Shown piece after piece: positions 56,026-60,651 of a stretch of DNA of 60,651 nt. The DNA is taken from positions 1 to 60,651 of IMG/VR virus record IMGVR_UViG_3300037439_000042. One strand, given 5' to 3'. This DNA is from a virus. Its lineage: Duplodnaviria > Caudoviricetes. Positions within the stretch are counted from its first letter, which is position 1; each line of letters opens with the position of its first letter. The notes beneath the pieces are model-generated. The model had not been told where the DNA came from and made no database searches. It saw only the letters and a list, made by a program, of their open reading frames with translations. The translations under genes were made by a program, and so were the position numbers.

Positions 56026-57472
56026 GGCCCACCCCTGCAAGTAGGCGCTGCGCTCGCGCAGACACATCTTCCGGTGGCGGATCGCTGACGACAGTTTCCT
56101 GCGGCTCCGTGAGGTCGGGGTTCTCCATGTCGACGGCGTCGCCCGTGATGATGGCTTCGGTCACCTGATTCAGGCGGCGCTTCAGTTCGATGATCCGGTC
56201 TAGCTCGGCCTCGTCCGGCTGGTCGGTTTCCGAGAAGCCGAGTTCGCGCAGCAGCGAGATCCCCGACAGCTCGCCACGGTCGTACGCTTCGATCGCTTCT
56301 TTCGAACGGTCCGGGCGCATGACGATCTCGCTCGGGTCATACCAGATGACCGGCCGTCCGCCTCGCGGTCCGACGAGTTCGCGGCCTTCGGCTTCGAGCG
56401 TGGGGTAAAGGAAACCTTCCGTGAAGGCGTGGCAGATCATTTCCATGTCGGGCGTGATGTGGACTTTGATCCCGGCTTCTTCGATCTGAGCTGCGCCCCA
56501 ATGGTTCATGTCGCCGAGTCCCGTCAACTGCTCGGCCGGGATGTCGAGCGCCGTCGCAAGACGCGTCACGGCCGCCGCACGCTGATCGAGCATCCGCTCA
56601 GAGAACGGGTTCGAGAGGTCGACGACGTGGATCAGATCAGCGATCTTGACGTCGGAGTCGCCGAGATCCGCGCCGATCGGGATTTTGATCGTCGCTTGCG
56701 CGCTTGTCGGGTCGGCGACACCTTTCGAGCCGACATCGACGAGGACTTGCGCGAACGGGTCGACCGACTCGGCGCTAGCCGGATTGGGCAGCTCGGGGAA
56801 GCTGAGCTTTCCACGGTCGTACAGGATCACGCCGTTCGCAGCCATGCGCGAGATGGTCTCGGCGATGATCCGGCGATTGATGAGGTCGAGTTCCTTCATC
56901 GCGCCGAGCGCGTACGCAGCGCGTGAGGTCGCCTTCCATCCCCACCGGGGATGCGGACGCCAGAAGCGTACGACTAGCGTGTCTTCGGGAAGCGAATCCC
57001 ACGCCCGAGCACTCTCGCCGACCTTGACTTGATACCGGTCGACGTTCTGCCCGCCTTCGGTGGTCCGGCGCACGCGCAGCTCGTCGGCGCTGTAGACGCG
57101 CCACGACACTTCGCCGAAGATGTCTTCGACGCCGCATAGCCACCCTTCGCCGGGCACGTTCAGGTGAATCGCCGTCTCGCCGAGAATCTGCGACTGCCCG
57201 CCGATGCCGCCTGCGAAGTTGGCGACGAGATCCGCGATCGGACCTTCCGTGATCGGCATCGGCTCGTCTCCGCCGGGCATGAACTCGGCAGCGATGAGCC
57301 GAACGCGAGAGATCGCGTTCGCCTTCCAGTTCACCGCTGCCGAGAACTCTTCGAGCCGCTGATAGTAATCCCAGAGCTGATCCTGCTCGGACGTGTACTC
57401 GGGATCGTGCATCCGGCGCGGGGGAATGACGGCAGCGGACGCCGTCACGTTGTTAAACGCCGGAAGCCGCAT
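56018..57472 (-). CDS. Portal protein
   Basis: ANAISRVRL, HLNVPGEGWL, RFWRPHP, RLATALDIPAEQLTGLGDMNHW. Confidence 0.88.
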   Translation of the reverse strand: MRLPAFNNVTASAAVIPPRRMHDPEYTSEQDQLWDYYQRLEEFSAAVNWKANAISRVRLIAAEFMPGGDEPMPITEGPIADLVANFAGGIGGQSQILGETAIHLNVPGEGWLCGVEDIFGEVSWRVYSADELRVRRTTEGGQNVDRYQVKVGESARAWDSLPEDTLVVRFWRPHPRWGWKATSRAAYALGAMKELDLINRRIIAETISRMAANGVILYDRGKLSFPELPNPASAESVDPFAQVLVDVGSKGVADPTSAQATIKIPIGADLGDSDVKIADLIHVVDLSNPFSERMLDQRAAAVTRLATALDIPAEQLTGLGDMNHWGAAQIEEAGIKVHITPDMEMICHAFTEGFLYPTLEAEGRELVGPRGGRPVIWYDPSEIVMRPDRSKEAIEAYDRGELSGISLLRELGFSETDQPDEAELDRIIELKRRLNQVTEAIITGDAVDMENPDLTEPQETVVSDPPPEDVSARAQRLLAGVGRG

Positions 57473-57480
57473 GGTTGCCC

Positions 57481-57813
57481 CTACTCTGTGTCGAACCGCC
57501 CGAGAAACCCGACCACGGTCGACAGTGCAAACCATGTGATTATTGGGTAATCAAGCCCGTACGCCAGTGATACTAGCAGCGTTGCGACCCCTGAAATCCA
57601 GAATCCAAGGCACCACGGGCACGAGAGCATGAACGCAAGCTTCGAATTGAAGTGCGTATCCGAGCCCACCGGCCCGTGCTTCGCGTACCAACGGCGTTCG
57701 AGTCCGAACCGCAGCCGATCGAAGATCGGTTCCGTGATCTTGTCCGTCGTGACGAGGCGCGTCACGCGGTAGCAGGCGAGCGCGAGCAGTATGAACAGCC
57801 ATGCATCATCCAT
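57481..57813 (-). CDS. DUF1360-like membrane protein
   Basis: YRVTRLVTTDKITEP; LSCPWCLGFW. Confidence 0.8.
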   Translation of the reverse strand: MDDAWLFILLALACYRVTRLVTTDKITEPIFDRLRFGLERRWYAKHGPVGSDTHFNSKLAFMLSCPWCLGFWISGVATLLVSLAYGLDYPIITWFALSTVVGFLGRFDTE

Positions 57814-58015
57814 CGGTGTCGGTGTCCTTCCGCTTAGGCCACGCCTTCACGGCCGCCATGATGAGGCCGAAGACCGGGATCGCTGCGGCGAGCAGCGCCT
57901 GCCACAGCGCGATTTCCTGAATCTCCGCTTCGACGTAGTACGCGATCAGCGCGATCACAGCTACGCCGAAGATGTAGACGGTCGTTCGTGTGCTGCTCGT
58001 GTTGTCGTCTTTCAC
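57806..58015 (-). CDS. Probable holin (2 TM)
   Basis: Directly after the endolysin; two TM helices and a charged tail. Confidence 0.65.
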   Translation of the reverse strand: MKDDNTSSTRTTVYIFGVAVIALIAYYVEAEIQEIALWQALLAAAIPVFGLIMAAVKAWPKRKDTDTDG

Positions 58016-58031
58016 GGCTGCCCCCTTCCGA

Positions 58032-58715
58032 TTACAGTCCGAGCAGTTTGTTCCACGTGATCGGGCCGACGATGCCGTCAACCGGCTTCGCGTACTTCCC
58101 TTGGAACGAGCGCACGGCCTTCTCCGTGTTCGGACCGAAGATGCCGTCAACGCGGATGTTGTGACCCCACGCGATGAGCAGACCTTGCAGCATCCGGACC
58201 CGGCTGCCCTTGTTCCCGCGTTGAATCGTCGGCATCTTGTCTCCTAGCTTCCCCGTGCTCGGCTTCGAAGGCTTCGGCGGCGTCGGAGGCTTCGACGGCT
58301 TCTTGCCGAGTTCGTCGATGTCCCACGTCGCCGTGCTGTCGTAGTTGCCCGTGCTGCGCCCGTCCGGGCCGTTCCCGACCGATGCGTGCGCGTGCCGCTT
58401 GTGCTTGTTGACGCCGTGATACGGCTGCGCCTTGAAGCCGTTCTTCCGCTGATAGATCAGCTCGTCGAAGATCACGTACCGCAGGTTCGGGTGTGGATTC
58501 GCGACGATGTGCTTCACGAACTTCGCGAGGTCGAGCCCGGCATCGGGCAGGATGTCGACGGCGCACACGACGTCGCAACAGACGTTCGGATTGTGGTCCG
58601 ACCATGAGCCCTGGTGTGCCTTGTCGCCGATGTCCCACACGGTCGTGTCGGGAAACAGATACTCGATCTCGGACGTGAGCACGATCAGGCTCTTAGCCAG
58701 ACGCCAGTTAGCCAC
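58032..58715 (-). CDS. Endolysin: zinc peptidase-like catalytic domain plus peptidoglycan-binding domain
   Basis: IGDKAH...SDHNP...AVDI...YVIF...HKRHAHAS; Pro/Lys linker; VDGIFGPNTEKAVRSFQ...VDGIVGPITW. Confidence 0.88.
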   Translation of the reverse strand: MANWRLAKSLIVLTSEIEYLFPDTTVWDIGDKAHQGSWSDHNPNVCCDVVCAVDILPDAGLDLAKFVKHIVANPHPNLRYVIFDELIYQRKNGFKAQPYHGVNKHKRHAHASVGNGPDGRSTGNYDSTATWDIDELGKKPSKPPTPPKPSKPSTGKLGDKMPTIQRGNKGSRVRMLQGLLIAWGHNIRVDGIFGPNTEKAVRSFQGKYAKPVDGIVGPITWNKLLGL

Positions 58716-58941
58716 CGGCTACCCCCGTCCGGCTCCGTGCGATGGCAGCGTTCGCCGCGAACATCGCATCTTCGAGATGCGTCAGCACGAGCGCCTTCTC
58801 TCGCGGCCGGTCGGCCGGAAGCAGCGCGTCGAGTTCCTGCGCGACGTCGCCGAGCAGCTTCCGCACGCGCTCGTGCGCCTTGACGGCTGCCTCGTCGCGG
58901 GGCGGGTGGTACGCGAAACGGTGCGTGATCTCTTCGTTCAT
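58708..58941 (-). CDS. Acb2/Tad1-like helical hairpin protein (putative anti-defence nucleotide sponge)
   Basis: RFAYHPP...HERVR...REKALVLTHLEDAMFAANAAIAR. Confidence 0.7.
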   Translation of the reverse strand: MNEEITHRFAYHPPRDEAAVKAHERVRKLLGDVAQELDALLPADRPREKALVLTHLEDAMFAANAAIARSRTGVAGG

Positions 58942-59038
58942 AGGCCGAATGTAACATAATAGATTCGTACCGTAGTGCAAAAAGGTACGACGAAACCCCG
59001 GACGTTCGTACAGTCCGGGGCTGAAATCGGTCGGGAAT

Positions 59039-59341
59039 TTAGGCCGCTCGGGTGAGCGGCTCGACAAGGCGGATCGTCTTGAGCGCGCGGCGCGAAGCGC
59101 GCATCTTCGCGACCGACAGCGAGTGCGGCGTGACAGCGTACGAGCCGTACGCCATCTTCGAAAGCTTCGGATTGTGGGCGACGAAGACATGCGCCGACCA
59201 TTGGTACTTGTCGCCGACCTGCATAACCTGAAGGTAGGCGCGGCCGATGCCGTCGCTCGTCTTGACTTCCGCGATGTACCGAACCTTGACTTCGCCGGTC
59301 CACTCGTTCAGCTCTTCGAGCTTGCGCCACTTGATCATCAT
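59039..59341 (-). CDS. Hypothetical protein
   Basis: Leader GACGAAAGGACGAC; hairpin terminator at 58990-59026. Confidence 0.65.
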   Translation of the reverse strand: MMIKWRKLEELNEWTGEVKVRYIAEVKTSDGIGRAYLQVMQVGDKYQWSAHVFVAHNPKLSKMAYGSYAVTPHSLSVAKMRASRRALKTIRLVEPLTRAA

Positions 59342-59511
59342 GTCGTCCTTTCGTCGTGTGTCTCAACCCTACCGCCCCGACGCCGCCGAACGGGAGCATC
59401 CGCGTACAAAATATTTCCCGAATTCTTGTAGAGTCCCGCACCTGCGGCACGCTGGAACTCTGATAGTATTCAGGGGCACGACACACCGACGACAGATGAA
59501 GGACAGAGACG

Positions 59512-59703
59512 ATGCCCGAGATCATCCGCGACCTGCACATCGCGACCACCCGACGCAACATCGCCCGTCACTCGAACACGAAGCTCGCCGACTGGTGGGA
59601 GCGACAGGCGCGCTACCTCGCGTCGAAGCTGAACACGCGCCTCGTCGAGCTGTCCGACCGTCCCGGCGTGCTCGTTCCCGAGATCTTCACGACGCTGTAC
59701 TAG
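59512..59703 (+). CDS. Hypothetical protein
   Basis: Leader GATGAAGGACAGA; ends before the hairpin at 59713-59746. Confidence 0.6.
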   Translation: MPEIIRDLHIATTRRNIARHSNTKLADWWERQARYLASKLNTRLVELSDRPGVLVPEIFTTLY

Positions 59704-59741
59704 AACGTCTTCGATGAGCCCGATCCCGCAAGGGGTCGGGC

Positions 59742-60520
59742 TCATCGGCGCATGAGGCTTGTCGGAACGCCGAACGGCAGGCCGGGGATCATGCCGCCGG
59801 GGAAGATCCCGGCGCGGTTCGCGCCTCCGCCGAGCAGGTCGGCATTGTCGAACGCGCCGCGCGAGTCCGAGACCGGCGGAATCCAGATGCCATCGAAGAA
59901 CGCGAGCAGCACGGCGTCGGCGATGTCCGGCGAGCGTCCGAGCCGTTCCTTCACATCCTCTTTCGGCTCGACGAGGATGCGGCCGTTCTTCTCCAGATAG
60001 CGCGGCATCGTCAGTTCGGCGATAGCGTTGTCGTCGAGCTGCGCGAGCGACCACTTCTTATCGCGGGACAGCTCGCGGCCGTGCCACCATGCTTCGGCGC
60101 GGATGTTCACGAAGCGCTTCGGGAAGTTCGACTTTCGCGCGAAGCTCACGCCTTCGATGGCGATCCCTTCGGCCTTGAGTTCCTTCCGGAGCATTCCGGC
60201 GAGACCCCACCCGACGCCGATCGTGTCGACGTTGACGCGGGTCAATCCCCATCGACGGATCACATCGGCGAGCTTCTTCGAAGCGGCTTCGGGATCGCGC
60301 TCCGTGAAGGTCTCGATCCGGCCGACAGCGTCGTTCACGCGCTCGACGAGCACCGTACGGTCGCCTCCGGCCCCGACGTCGAGCCCGCCGACGCGCACGG
60401 CGTCGGCGTCGTAGGCCGGTTCGATGTAGCGGCACGCGGCGGCGTGGATCTCAGAGATCACGCGCCACGGGTCGGCCGCGCCGGTCGGGAAGTGCCCGAG
60501 AACCTTCGCCTGATACAGCG
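59742..60520 (-). CDS. terL: Terminase large subunit, C-terminal nuclease part
   Basis: KVLGHFP, GLDVGAGGDRTV, VNVDTIGVG, NIRAEAWW, RSPDIADAVLL. Confidence 0.93.
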
Positions 60521-60651
60521 CCGACTCTGCGCCCCACTCGGCGAGCATGTCGGCCGCCCACTCCGGCGAGATCAGATAGTCGAGCAGCTCATCGGGAACG
60601 GCTTCGCCGGTCGTCGCCGGAGCGTGCTCGATCCCGATGTGAATGAGGTTG
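60521..60651. repeat. Terminal direct repeat copy 2 (circular assembly overlap)
   Basis: Matches 1..131. Confidence 0.97.

Overview
This window is an apparently complete, circularly permuted genome of a high-GC tailed actinobacteriophage. Bases 60521-60651 repeat bases 1-131 with one mismatch, so the unique length is about 60,520 bp and the terminase gene spans the join. The host is probably a filamentous actinomycete (inference). The virion operon is on the minus strand (36.9-60.5 kb plus 1-772): terminase, lysis genes, portal, MuF/protease fusion, two capsid proteins, major tail protein, a glycosyl-/methyltransferase cassette, frameshifted tail chaperones, tape measure and minor tail genes. 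Replication genes are Prim-Pol, a D5-type helicase next to an iteron-rich putative origin, PolA, a RuvC-like nuclease, an SNF2 helicase, a PD-(D/E)XK exonuclease, an AAA ATPase and an SSB-like protein. A cluster of 27 tRNAs covers all 20 amino acids and includes odd tRNA-like RNAs. I saw no integrase. Two features stand out. (1) A Ro60/TROVE gene is preceded by a tandem array of five Y-RNA-like modules that share one scaffold but carry different tRNA-derived cargo. (2) A Streptomyces-plasmid-type conjugation module (TraB/FtsK translocase, Spd-like membrane proteins, clt-like short repeats) sits inside a virion-forming phage. All calls come from manual motif reading; no searches were run.
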